From the NCBI GenBank assembly GCA_045802645.1, contig JBJMQQ010000013.1, forward strand, positions 1,588 to 65,587: a stretch of DNA of 64,000 nt, given 5' to 3'. A program made the translations under genes and the position numbers. The DNA comes from Polyangia bacterium. GTDB lineage: Bacteria > Myxococcota_A > Polyangia > Fen-1088. Positions 33,842-43,109 of the stretch are shown here, in pieces. Numbering within the stretch: the stretch's first letter is position 1; each line of letters begins with the position of its first letter. The notes beneath the pieces were generated by a model that saw only the letters and a program-made list of their open reading frames with translations, had not been told where the DNA came from and did no database searches.

Positions 33842-35233
33842 TTAAATCCCGACCTGCGCCTCCGCCAGGTTGCGGACAGGCGCGGCGGCGGAGGCCGTCT
33901 TGCGGGCGTAGAACCACCACGTCAGCGCCACGCACGTGACGTAGAAGCCCAGGAACCCGCGCAGCGCCAGCTCGACGCCGCCCGTCGCGTGGATCGACGC
34001 GCCGAACGAGCGCGGGATCAGGTAGCCGCCGCAGGCGCCGATGGCGGACGTGAAGCCCAGGACGGCCGCGCTCTCGCGGCGGGCGACGGCCAGCGCCTGA
34101 CGCTCGGCCTCGGGGCCCTGGCCCTCGACGGCGCGCAGCTTCTCGCGACGGAAGATCACCGGGATCATGCGGAATGTCGAGCCGTTCCCGACGCCGGTCG
34201 TCACGAACAGCAGCAGGAACACCCCCAGGAATCCGCCGAACGAATGCTGGTGAACGAAGTGCGTCACCCCCAGCGTCGCCAGCCCCATGAGGACGAAGTT
34301 CCACATGGTCACGCGGGTGCCGCCGATCCGGTCGGCCAGCTTGCCGCCCAGCGGCCGCGCAATGGACCCGACCAGCGCGCCAAGGAAGGCGAGGTTCATC
34401 GTCACCTGCGGAAACTGCGTCTTCAGCAGCAGCGGAAACGCCGCCGAGTACCCGATGAACGAGCCGAACGTGCCGATGTAAAGCCACGACATCACCCAGG
34501 TGTGCTTGCTGCGCGTGACGGTGATCTGGTCGCGGAACGTCGAGCGCGCCGAGGCGAGATTGTTCATGAAGCGCGCCGCACCCAGCGCCGCGATCGCGAT
34601 GAGCGGCATCCAGAAGAGGCCCGCGTTCTCGAGGTGCAGCTTCGTCGTGGCGGCCAGGATGGGCACGGTCATGACCAGCGGGATCAATAGCTGGACCGTG
34701 CTGACGCCGATGTTGCCGCCCGCCGCGTTGAGCCCCAGCGCGAACCCCTTGGCGCGGTCCGGGTAGAAGAACGAGATGTTGGCCATGCTGGAGGCGAAGT
34801 TTCCGCCGCCCAGTCCGGCCGTCGCCGCCGCCATCGCCATCAACCAGAACGGGGTCGACGGATCACGAACCAGCAGCACCAGCGCCGTCGTCGGGATGAA
34901 CAGCAGCAGCGCGCTGACGATCGTCCAGTTTCGGCCGCCGAAGCGCGGGACCGCGAACGTGTACGGGAACCGCATCAACGACCCGATGAGCCCGGGCAAC
35001 GCCACCAGCGAGAAGAGCTGCTCCGTCGTGTAGTGGAATCCGACCTTGTTGAGGCGGGGCGCCACGACGCTCCAGATCAGCCACACCGAGAACCCGATGT
35101 TCTCGGCCAGGATCGACCAGATCAGGTTGCGGCGCGCCACGCGCCGGCCCGTCTGGCGCCAGAACGTCTCGTCTTCGGGGTTCCACTCGCTGATCCAGTG
35201 CGGACCCGTGTGAGCTTCTTTCGCGGTCTTCAT
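33842..35233 (-). CDS. narK: Nitrate/nitrite transporter, MFS NNP family
   Basis: 12-TM MFS protein with NNP-like GLNAAGGNIGVS signature. ATGA coupling to nirD. Confidence 0.88.
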   Translation of the reverse strand: MKTAKEAHTGPHWISEWNPEDETFWRQTGRRVARRNLIWSILAENIGFSVWLIWSVVAPRLNKVGFHYTTEQLFSLVALPGLIGSLMRFPYTFAVPRFGGRNWTIVSALLLFIPTTALVLLVRDPSTPFWLMAMAAATAGLGGGNFASSMANISFFYPDRAKGFALGLNAAGGNIGVSTVQLLIPLVMTVPILAATTKLHLENAGLFWMPLIAIAALGAARFMNNLASARSTFRDQITVTRSKHTWVMSWLYIGTFGSFIGYSAAFPLLLKTQFPQVTMNLAFLGALVGSIARPLGGKLADRIGGTRVTMWNFVLMGLATLGVTHFVHQHSFGGFLGVFLLLFVTTGVGNGSTFRMIPVIFRREKLRAVEGQGPEAERQALAVARRESAAVLGFTSAIGACGGYLIPRSFGASIHATGGVELALRGFLGFYVTCVALTWWFYARKTASAAAPVRNLAEAQVGI

Positions 35234-35625
35234 TGTCGGACTCCGTTTCGCGGCGCGATGCCGATTGCGACCCGGCCGTCGCGCACACGGACCGGGTAGA
35301 CGGGGAGCTTCACCAAGGGGTCGTCGAAGCAGGCGCCCGTCTCCAGGTCGAACGTCTGCTTGTAGATGGGGGAGGCGATCTTGGGGCGGCCGCCGCGGTC
35401 GCCCACGATGCCGCGGGCGATCACGAAGGCCTGACTGAACGGGTCGTAGTTCGACAGCGCGTAAACGCGGTCGCCCTCGTCGGGGCGAACCAGCGCGATC
35501 TGGCGGTCGCCGACCAGCGCAGCGACCCCGCTGGCGGGCGGGATGTCGTCCAGCGCGCAGGTGTCGATCCAGATGACGTCGGGCTCGGGCGCGGCCAGCG
35601 CTTCGACGTGGATGGCGACGCTCAT
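35230..35625 (-). CDS. nirD: Nitrite reductase [NAD(P)H] small subunit (Rieske-like)
   Basis: 131-aa C-terminal part of the shadow ORF 35230..37347 (MSVAIHVEALAAPEPDVIWIDTCALDDIPP...). Flanked by ATGA overlaps with nirB and narK. Confidence 0.85.
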   Translation of the reverse strand: MSVAIHVEALAAPEPDVIWIDTCALDDIPPASGVAALVGDRQIALVRPDEGDRVYALSNYDPFSQAFVIARGIVGDRGGRPKIASPIYKQTFDLETGACFDDPLVKLPVYPVRVRDGRVAIGIAPRNGVRQ

Positions 35626-38180
35626 GCCGCCTCCTTCTTGGCCGCGTGGGCTGGATCGGCGAGGCGGTCCAGCAGGTCGCGCTTTTCGTCGGGGTGGGCC
35701 GGGCGCGGTTGCCCGCGCTCGCGGATGAAGACCAGGCTGGGATCGGCGGCGGGGCTGTTCACGAACCCGCGGAACTGGGCCAGCTTCTGCGGGTCCTCCA
35801 GCGCGTCCTTCCACTCGCACTTGTACGTGCCGACCACGTGAGCCATCTCGGCTTCCAGCTCGGCGCCGATGCCCAGCTTGTCGTCGACGACCACCTCGCG
35901 CAGATACGCGATGCCCCCCTCGAGGTTGTTGAGCCAGCCGGCGGTCCGCTGCAGCCGGTCGGCCGTGCGGATGTAGAACATCAGGAAGCGGTCGATGTAC
36001 TGGACCAGCGTCGCCTCGTCGAGGTCGGTCGCCAGGAGCTGCGCGTGCTGCGGCTTCATGCCGCCGTTGCCGCAGACGTAGAGGTTCCACCCCTTCTCCG
36101 TCGCGATGATCCCGAAGTCCTTCCCCTGCGCCTCGGCGCACTCGCGCGCGCACCCGGACACGGCCGACTTCAGCTTGTGGGGGCTGCGGAGCCCCTTGTA
36201 GCGGTTCTCGATCCGCACGGCCAGGCCGACGGAGTCCTGCACGCCGTAGCGGCACCAGGTGTCGCCGACGCAGGACTTCACGGTCCGCAGCGACTTGCCG
36301 TAGGCGTGGCCGGACTCGAACCCGGCCGCGACCAGGTCGCGCCAGATCAGCGGAAGCTGGTCGACGCGCGCCCCCAGCATGTCGATGCGCTGGGCGCCCG
36401 TGATCTTGGTGTAGAGGCCGTACTTCTTGGCGATCTCGCCGATCGTGACCAGCTGGTCGGGCGTGATCTCGCCGGCCGCGACGCGCGGGATCACCGAGTA
36501 GGTTCCGTCGCGCTGGATGTTGGCCAAAAATCGATCGTTGGTGTCCTGCAGCGGGCGGTGCTTGCGTTCCAGCACCGGCTCGTTCCAGGCGGACGCCAGG
36601 ATGGACGCCACCGCCGGCTTGCAGATCTCGCAGCCGCGCCCGCGCCCGTGCCGCGCGATCAGCTCGTCGAACGTCTTCAGCTTGTGGACGCGCACGAGCT
36701 GATAAAGGTCCTGGCGCGAGCAGGGGAAGTGCTCGCAGAGCGCGTTGTTGACGGCGACGCCGGCCTTCTTCAGCTCGATCTTCAGGAGGTCGTTCAGCAA
36801 CGGCACGCAGGAGCCGCAGCTGGTGCCGGCGCGCGTGCAGCTCTTGAGGGCGCCGACGGCCTGCGCGCCCCCCGCGATCGCCTGGCAGATGGCCCCCTTG
36901 TCGACGTTGTTGCAGCTGCAGATGGTGGCCGACGCGGGCAGGCTGTCGACGCCCATTCCGGCGGGCGCCTCGCCGGGCGGCAGCAGCAGCGCCTCGACCT
37001 TCACGGGCAGCGCCGCCTTGCTCTGGACCATCGCGACCAGCTGCGCGTACTGCGACGCGTCCCCGACCAGGATGCCGCCCAGCAGGCGCTGGCGGTCGGC
37101 CGAGACGACCAGCTGCTTGTAGACGCCCGCCACGTTGTCGATGAGGCGCAGCGTGTGGGCGCCGCCCTCCAGGCCGAACGCGTCGCCGAAGCTGGCGACG
37201 TCCACGCCCAGCAGCTTCAGCTTGGTGCTCATGTCGAAGTGACCGAGGTGCCGGCCCGCCGTCTCGGCCAGCTCGTCGGCGGCGACCTGCGCCATCGTGT
37301 AGCCGGGCGCGACCAGGCCGTAGCAGCGGCCGTCCCAGGCCGCGCACTCGCCGATGGCCAGGATGTCGGGGTCGGAGGTGCGGCAGCGGGCGTCGATCTC
37401 GATGCCGCCGCGCTGCCCCACCGCCAGGCCGGCGGCGCGCGCCAGCTCGTCGCGCGGGCGCACGCCGGCGGAAAAGACGATCAGCGACGCGTCCAGCGCG
37501 CCACCGTCGGAGAGCTGCAACCCCATCGCGCGTCCCGTCTCGTCCGTCAGCACGCGCTTGGCGGAGACGCCGGTGTGGACGGCCACGCCCAGCGTCTCGA
37601 TGTGGCGGCGCAGGATGGCGCCGCCGGCGTCGTCGATCTGCAGCGCCATCAGCCGGGGCGCGATCTCGATGACGTGGGTCTCGAGGCCCAGGTTACGCAG
37701 CGCGTTCGCCGCTTCCAGCCCCAGCAAGCCGCCCCCGATGACCACGCCCACGCCGGCCGAAGCGACCGATGCGGCCGCGGCGATGGCCTCCAGGTCTTCG
37801 ATCGTGCGGTAGACGAAGCAGCCGGGGGCGTCGCGCCCCTCGACGGGGGGGACGAACGGCGACGACCCGGTGGCCAGCACCAGCTTGTCGTAAGGGAGCG
37901 TCACGCCGGCCGCGGTGCGGACCACCTTGGCGGCGCGATCGATCGAGGCGACCGCGTCACTCAGGACCAGGCGGATGCCCGCCGTTTCGTAAGCTTCGCG
38001 TGAGGTCAGCGCCAGCGGCTCGGCGCCGCCGTCGAAGAACTTCGTGAGGTTGACGCGATCGTAGGCGGGCCGGGGCTCTTCGCCGACCACCGTGATGTCG
38101 AAGTGGCCGGCGTCGCGGCACAGCTCGACCAGCCGGTGTCCGACCATTCCGTTTCCGACGATGACCAGTTGGGGTGCCAT
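35622..38180 (-). CDS. nirB: Nitrite reductase [NAD(P)H] large subunit (FAD/NAD, BFD-like 2Fe-2S, sirohaem-4Fe4S domains)
   Basis: MAPQLVIVGNGMVGHRL... Rossmann fold, CSCNNVDKGAICQAI BFD-like motif, sulfite/nitrite reductase haem-binding region CVGDTWCRYG...SGCARECAEA. Confidence 0.92.
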   Translation of the reverse strand: MAPQLVIVGNGMVGHRLVELCRDAGHFDITVVGEEPRPAYDRVNLTKFFDGGAEPLALTSREAYETAGIRLVLSDAVASIDRAAKVVRTAAGVTLPYDKLVLATGSSPFVPPVEGRDAPGCFVYRTIEDLEAIAAAASVASAGVGVVIGGGLLGLEAANALRNLGLETHVIEIAPRLMALQIDDAGGAILRRHIETLGVAVHTGVSAKRVLTDETGRAMGLQLSDGGALDASLIVFSAGVRPRDELARAAGLAVGQRGGIEIDARCRTSDPDILAIGECAAWDGRCYGLVAPGYTMAQVAADELAETAGRHLGHFDMSTKLKLLGVDVASFGDAFGLEGGAHTLRLIDNVAGVYKQLVVSADRQRLLGGILVGDASQYAQLVAMVQSKAALPVKVEALLLPPGEAPAGMGVDSLPASATICSCNNVDKGAICQAIAGGAQAVGALKSCTRAGTSCGSCVPLLNDLLKIELKKAGVAVNNALCEHFPCSRQDLYQLVRVHKLKTFDELIARHGRGRGCEICKPAVASILASAWNEPVLERKHRPLQDTNDRFLANIQRDGTYSVIPRVAAGEITPDQLVTIGEIAKKYGLYTKITGAQRIDMLGARVDQLPLIWRDLVAAGFESGHAYGKSLRTVKSCVGDTWCRYGVQDSVGLAVRIENRYKGLRSPHKLKSAVSGCARECAEAQGKDFGIIATEKGWNLYVCGNGGMKPQHAQLLATDLDEATLVQYIDRFLMFYIRTADRLQRTAGWLNNLEGGIAYLREVVVDDKLGIGAELEAEMAHVVGTYKCEWKDALEDPQKLAQFRGFVNSPAADPSLVFIRERGQPRPAHPDEKRDLLDRLADPAHAAKKEAA

Positions 38181-38216
38181 CGAGATTCACGGTAGGGGAG
38201 TCCACGTTTCTCGATG
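38176..38216 (-). promoter_or_regulatory. 9-bp perfect inverted repeat enclosing nirB start codon (CCATCGAGA-N23-TCTCGATGG)
   Basis: Read from the sequence. The 3' arm on the mRNA contains ATG 38178-38180. Confidence 0.35.
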
Positions 38217-38332
38217 GTCAAGACACGGTCAAAGGTCGTTAATTCTGCCGCCGCAGCGTCGGCTGCGTTGTTTACGGCTGTTGGCCGAATCTTGACGCCG
38301 ACGAAACGTGCGCCAGCGGATGCTGATCATCG

Positions 38333-40432
38333 ATGGATCCCACGCCCGCGACGAGCACCGCGACGCGCACGCACTGCCCTTACTGCGCGTTCCAGTGCGG
38401 GATGCTGGTCAGCCCCGGTGAGGTGAAAGGCGATCCCGACTTTCCCGTCAACCGCGGTCAGATGTGTGTCAAAGGATTCACCGCCGGCGAGCTCCTGGCG
38501 CACCCGGCGCGGCTGACGACGCCGCGCTTGCGCGGGCGCGACGGGCGCCTCGTCGACGCGAGCTGGGACGCCGCCCTGGACTTCGTCGCCGAGCGACTGC
38601 TGGCGCTGCGCGCCGCGCACGGGCCGGCGTCGCTGGCCGCGTTCGGAAGCGGCGCCCTCACCAACGAGAAGGCGTATCTGCTGGGAAAGTTCGTGCGGGT
38701 CGCGCTGGGTTCGCCGAACATCGACTACAACGGGCGCTACTGCATGGCGTCCGCGGCGGCCGGTCAGAACCGGGCGTTCGGGATCGATCGCGGCTTGCCG
38801 TTCCCCGTTGCCGACATCGCGCGCACGAAGACGTTGCTGCTGTGGGGCGCCAACTCGGTCGACACGATGCCGCCGCTGGCGCAGTGGATCGGCGAGCAGC
38901 AGGCGCAGGGACAGCTGATCGTCGTCGACCCGCGCCGGTCCGAGACCGCGCGGCGCGCAGACCTGCACCTGCAGCTCACGCCGGGCACCGACCTCGCGCT
39001 GGCCAACGGCCTCCTGCACCTGGCGATTGACGAGCGGCTGATCGACACCGCGTACATCGCCGCCCGGACCGTCGGGTTCGAGGCGGTGCGGCGGACGGTG
39101 ATGGAGGTTCACCCGGCGCACGTCGAGCGTCTGACCGGCGTGTCGATCGACGACCAGCTGCGGACGGTGCGGCGACTGGCCGTCGAGGACAGCGCCATGC
39201 TGCTGTCGGGGCGCGGTCCCGAGCAGCAGGCCAAGGGCTCGGAGACGGTGCTGGCGTTCACCAACTTGATGCTGGCGCTGGGCAAGGTGGGGCGCCCCTA
39301 CAGCGGCTACGGCTGCCTGACCGGGCAGGGCAACGGGCAGGGCGGGCGCGAGCACGGCCAGAAGGCGGACCAGTTGCCGGGCTACCGATCGATCGAAGAC
39401 GCGTCCGACCGGGCGGCTGTCGCGCGCGTGTGGGGCGTCGACCCGGCGACGTTGCCGCCGAAGGGCAAGAGCGCCTACGAGCTGCTGGACAGCCTGGGGC
39501 CGGAGGGCGGCATCCGCGGCCTGCTGGTCTTCGGGTCGAACGTGGCGGTCGCTTCGCCGAACGCGCGAAACATCGTGCGCAAGCTGGCGGCGCTGGACCT
39601 GCTGGTCGTCTGCGACGCCTTCGACAACGAGACCGCGGCGGACGCGCACGTGCTGCTGCCGACGCTTCAGTGGGCCGAGGAAGAGGGGACCATGACCAAT
39701 CTGGAAGGGCGCGTGCTCTTGCGTGAGCGAGCCGTGCCGCCGCCCGTCGGGCCGCGCAGCGATCTCGAAATCTTGTCCCAGCTGGCCGCGCGGCTGGGGC
39801 ACGGCGACAAGTTCCAGTTCGCCTCGGCCGAAGCGGTGTTCGACGAGCTGCGCGCCGCGACGGCCGGCGCGCGCGCCGATTACAGCGGGATCAGCCACGC
39901 CCGCATCCGGCGCGAGCAAGGGGTGTTCTGGCCATGCCCGGCCGAGGATCACCCGGGCACGCCGCGCCTCTTCGCCGAGAAGTTCGCGTTTGCCGACGGG
40001 CGCGCCCGGTTCCACGCCGTCCGGCACCGGCCGTCGGCCGAGGTGCCCGACGGCGAGTACCCGCTCTACTTCACGACCGGGCGGTACCGGGAACATTACA
40101 ACTCGGGGGCGCAGACCCGCCGCGTGCCGGCGCTGGTGCGCGCGCGGCCCGAAGCGCGCCTGCAGGTTCACCCACGGCTGGCGGCGCGGCTGGGCGTGGC
40201 GGACGGCGAGGCGCTGCTGCTGGAGAGCCGGCGCGGCACGGCCACGTTCACCGTCGAGCTCACCGCCGACGTTCGCCCCGACACGCTGTTCGCGCCGTTT
40301 CACTGGGGCGGTTCGTCTTGCGCAAATCTACTGACGAACCCGGCGCTGGACCCGCTGAGCCGGATGCCGGAGTTCAAGGTCTGCGCCGTGCGCGCCCGGG
40401 CGGCGGGCGCCGGCGAAAGGGCGGCGTCGTGA
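38333..40432 (+). CDS. nasA: Assimilatory nitrate reductase catalytic subunit (molybdopterin oxidoreductase, N-terminal 4Fe-4S)
   Basis: N-terminal CPYCAFQCGM...C Fe-S motif. Molybdopterin oxidoreductase and MopB C-terminal domains. Confidence 0.9.
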   Translation: MDPTPATSTATRTHCPYCAFQCGMLVSPGEVKGDPDFPVNRGQMCVKGFTAGELLAHPARLTTPRLRGRDGRLVDASWDAALDFVAERLLALRAAHGPASLAAFGSGALTNEKAYLLGKFVRVALGSPNIDYNGRYCMASAAAGQNRAFGIDRGLPFPVADIARTKTLLLWGANSVDTMPPLAQWIGEQQAQGQLIVVDPRRSETARRADLHLQLTPGTDLALANGLLHLAIDERLIDTAYIAARTVGFEAVRRTVMEVHPAHVERLTGVSIDDQLRTVRRLAVEDSAMLLSGRGPEQQAKGSETVLAFTNLMLALGKVGRPYSGYGCLTGQGNGQGGREHGQKADQLPGYRSIEDASDRAAVARVWGVDPATLPPKGKSAYELLDSLGPEGGIRGLLVFGSNVAVASPNARNIVRKLAALDLLVVCDAFDNETAADAHVLLPTLQWAEEEGTMTNLEGRVLLRERAVPPPVGPRSDLEILSQLAARLGHGDKFQFASAEAVFDELRAATAGARADYSGISHARIRREQGVFWPCPAEDHPGTPRLFAEKFAFADGRARFHAVRHRPSAEVPDGEYPLYFTTGRYREHYNSGAQTRRVPALVRARPEARLQVHPRLAARLGVADGEALLLESRRGTATFTVELTADVRPDTLFAPFHWGGSSCANLLTNPALDPLSRMPEFKVCAVRARAAGAGERAAS

Positions 40433-41877
40433 GCGCGCGCAAGCGGCGGCTGGTGATCGTCGGCAACGGGATGGCGACCTGCCGCCTCCTCGACGAGCTC
40501 GAGCGCCGCGGCGGCTTCGATCGGTACGAGGTGAGCGTCTTCGGCGACGAGCGCGGCGGCGCGTACAACCGCGTGCTGCTCAGCAAGGTGCTGGCCGGCG
40601 ACGAGCCGGACGCGATCGTCACCAAGCCGCCGGGTTGGTTCGCGGATCGGGGCGTTCGGTTGCACGACGGCGTCGCCGTGCGGCGCCTCGACACGGAGGC
40701 CAAGCAGGTCGAGACCACCGACGGCGCGACCCACCGCTACGACGTCGCGGTGCTGGCCACGGGCAGTCAGCCGCGGGTGCCGCCGCTCGACGGCATGACG
40801 GGCGACGACGGCGATCTGCGCCCCGGCGTCTTCGTCTACAGGACCATGGACGACTGCGTGCGGATGCGGGCCCACGCGCGCTCGGGCGACGCGGCCGTCG
40901 TGCTGGGCGGCGGCCTGCTGGGACTCGAAGCGGCGAAGGTGCTGAGCGACGCGGGGCTGCACGTCACCGTCGTGCACGCGGCGCGCACGCTGATGAACGC
41001 CCAGCTCGACGAGCTGGGGGGCGAAATGCTCGAACGCCAGATCGAATCCCACGGCATCTTCGTGCGCACGGGCCGCACCATCGAGGCGGTGGTCGGCGAG
41101 GCGACCGTCGAGGGCGTGCGCCTGGACGACGGCAAGGTGCTGGCGGCGGAGCTGCTGGTGCTGGCCTGCGGCGTGCGGCCGCGCATCGACGTCGCGCGCG
41201 CCTCGGGGCTGCCCATCAACAACGGCGTCATCGTGAACGACACGCTGGCCACGGAGGCGGCCGGTGTGTACGCGATTGGCGACTGCGCCGAGCACGCCGG
41301 GCGCACCTACGGCATCGTCGCCCCGGCCTGGGAGCAGGCCGCGGTGCTGGCCGACGTGTTGACCGGCGCCAACCCGCAGGCGCGCTATCGCGGCTCGAAG
41401 ACGTACACGCGCCTCAAGGTGGCCGGCGTCGACGTCGCCTCGATGGGGCGCATCGATCCAGAGCTGGAACGGGACGAGGTGATCCAGGTCGTCGAGACGC
41501 GCCGCGGGTCGTACCGAAAGCTGATCGTGCGCGGCAACGAGCTCATCGGCGCGATGCTGGTCGGCAACACGGCCGCCGCGCCCGCGCTGGTGCAGGCGCT
41601 GGACCGGGGCGATCCGCTGCCCGACGATCCGCTGGAGGCGCTCTGCCCGAACGCCGGCGCCGCCGCTCCGGCCTGCGCCGACCGCCTGGTGTGCAACTGC
41701 AACGCCGTCCCGGAGTCGCGCCTGCGCGAGGCCATTGCTGCCGGCGCGAACACCGTCGAGGAGCTGGCCCTGGCCACCCGCGCCGGCACCGGCTGCGGCT
41801 CCTGCAAGACCGAGCTGGCGCAGATCCTGAGACGCGAAGCGGCGGTGCGGCTCCCGACGCTCGCGGCGGCGGGCTAG
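40429..41877 (+). CDS. Assimilatory nitrate reductase electron-transfer subunit (FAD-dependent pyridine nucleotide-disulfide oxidoreductase with C-terminal BFD-like 2Fe-2S domain)
   Basis: GTG start overlapping the nasA stop (GTGA). LVIVGNGMATCRLLDEL Rossmann fold. C-terminal CNCNAVPESRLREA...TGCGSCKTE BFD-like motif. Confidence 0.8.
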   Translation: MSARKRRLVIVGNGMATCRLLDELERRGGFDRYEVSVFGDERGGAYNRVLLSKVLAGDEPDAIVTKPPGWFADRGVRLHDGVAVRRLDTEAKQVETTDGATHRYDVAVLATGSQPRVPPLDGMTGDDGDLRPGVFVYRTMDDCVRMRAHARSGDAAVVLGGGLLGLEAAKVLSDAGLHVTVVHAARTLMNAQLDELGGEMLERQIESHGIFVRTGRTIEAVVGEATVEGVRLDDGKVLAAELLVLACGVRPRIDVARASGLPINNGVIVNDTLATEAAGVYAIGDCAEHAGRTYGIVAPAWEQAAVLADVLTGANPQARYRGSKTYTRLKVAGVDVASMGRIDPELERDEVIQVVETRRGSYRKLIVRGNELIGAMLVGNTAAAPALVQALDRGDPLPDDPLEALCPNAGAAAPACADRLVCNCNAVPESRLREAIAAGANTVEELALATRAGTGCGSCKTELAQILRREAAVRLPTLAAAG

Positions 41878-41937
41878 AGCCGCCGCCGCGGGGAGGATGA
41901 AACGCCAGGACGCCGGGACGCCAGGGACCGGAGCCGT

Positions 41938-42945
41938 TCAGAACACCAGCGGCACGTCGACCTGCACCATGTTGTACGACGAGTTGCTGAGCGGCGCGTC
42001 CAGGGCGCGGGCGTAGGAGATCCCGGGGCGCAGGAACATTCCACGGCCGACCGCGAAGTGCGCGCGCGGGCCGATGGCGACGGTGGTGGTGTCCTTGTTG
42101 GCGGAGGGGATGTCGCTCTTCGTGCCCATCACCACCCGCGTCGGCGTGCTCAGCCACCGCTGGTAGCGGAGCTCGGCGCCGACCGACAGAAACGGCAGCA
42201 GGAAGTACCCGGCGTGCAGACCCATCGTCGAGTTCGTGCGCGCCGCGTCGCTGCTCTGGCCGCCGGCGTCGTCTCCGTGCACGCGCAGGAGCTGGAACAG
42301 GGTCGCTTCGGCCTGCACGGTCAAGCGGTGGTCGACGTACGCCACGTCGGCGCCCACGATCCCGGTGAAGTAGTTGACCGCGAACATCGCGTTGTCCATG
42401 CCCGATCGGGCCTGAAGGCCCGCCGTGTTGGCCGCCGCGACGCCTGCATCCGGGTGGTCGCCGCTGCCTGCGCCGATGGGGATCGTGCCGCCCGCGAACG
42501 CCGCCCAGCGGACGCTCCCGGCGCGCCGCGCGTAGGTCAGGCCCACGATCGGGTTGATGAACGACGAGCCGTCCGGCGCCGCGCCCGGTGCCTGGTTCTG
42601 AACGAATCCCAGACGCAGGAGCGGCGCCAGGTGCGACGTCACCGCGTAGCTGCCCAGCAGCATCGTGGCCACCGTGGACCCACTGGCGCCGGCCGTGTCG
42701 TAGAACGCGACCGAGCTGTCCGACCGCACGACGCTGGCCGCCGCCGCCGGTCGGAGCTGCCAGGGGATCGAATAGGGTGGCGGCGGCGTGGGGGCCGTGG
42801 CGCTGGGCGGCGCGACGGCGACGGCCGTCGCTTCGGGCGCAACACTGTCTGCGCCGCGTGCGACGCCGCCCAGAACGCCGGCCGCACAGGCCGCCGCCAA
42901 GGCCGTGGAATTTCGGAACCAGCGGTGAAATTTCAGTTCGGTCAT
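41938..42945 (-). CDS. Outer-membrane beta-barrel protein (C-terminal Phe), function unknown
   Basis: Signal peptide. Alternating amphipathic beta-strand pattern. Terminal ...VQVDVPLVF. Confidence 0.55.
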   Translation of the reverse strand: MTELKFHRWFRNSTALAAACAAGVLGGVARGADSVAPEATAVAVAPPSATAPTPPPPYSIPWQLRPAAAASVVRSDSSVAFYDTAGASGSTVATMLLGSYAVTSHLAPLLRLGFVQNQAPGAAPDGSSFINPIVGLTYARRAGSVRWAAFAGGTIPIGAGSGDHPDAGVAAANTAGLQARSGMDNAMFAVNYFTGIVGADVAYVDHRLTVQAEATLFQLLRVHGDDAGGQSSDAARTNSTMGLHAGYFLLPFLSVGAELRYQRWLSTPTRVVMGTKSDIPSANKDTTTVAIGPRAHFAVGRGMFLRPGISYARALDAPLSNSSYNMVQVDVPLVF

Positions 42946-43079
42946 GTGTCCCTCCGAACGCGACGGTAGGAGGGGCACCGTTTCTCAGCGGTCAATTGTC
43001 AGTCAGAGATCGATGACGAGTCAGCCAATGCCCTCGTTGACAGATCGGGTCGGCGGCTCCTGGTTTCCTGACTGCAGCC

Positions 43080-43095
43080 TGGTGCCAGGTTTGCA
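43080..43095 (+). promoter_or_regulatory. Sigma-54 promoter-like element TGGTGCCAGGTTTGCA (GG-N10-GC spacing exact)
   Basis: -24 GG at 43081-82 and -12 TTGCA at 43091-95. The predicted transcription start site at ~43106 lies just upstream of ATG 43110 of the PAP2 gene. Confidence 0.45.
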
Positions 43096-43109
43096 ATTGC
43101 GCGGAGACC

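Noticed and set aside
35230-38003. 705-aa minus ORF (35230..37347) and 785-aa plus ORF (35646..38003) over nirB
   Set aside because: These are shadow frames. Only the 131-aa C-terminal segment (nirD) of the first is real. The nirB sense frame has all cofactor motifs.
39934-40428. N-terminal 165 codons of ORF 39934..41877 overlapping nasA
   Set aside because: No domain content. The oxidoreductase Rossmann motif starts right after GTG 40429, which overlaps the nasA stop.
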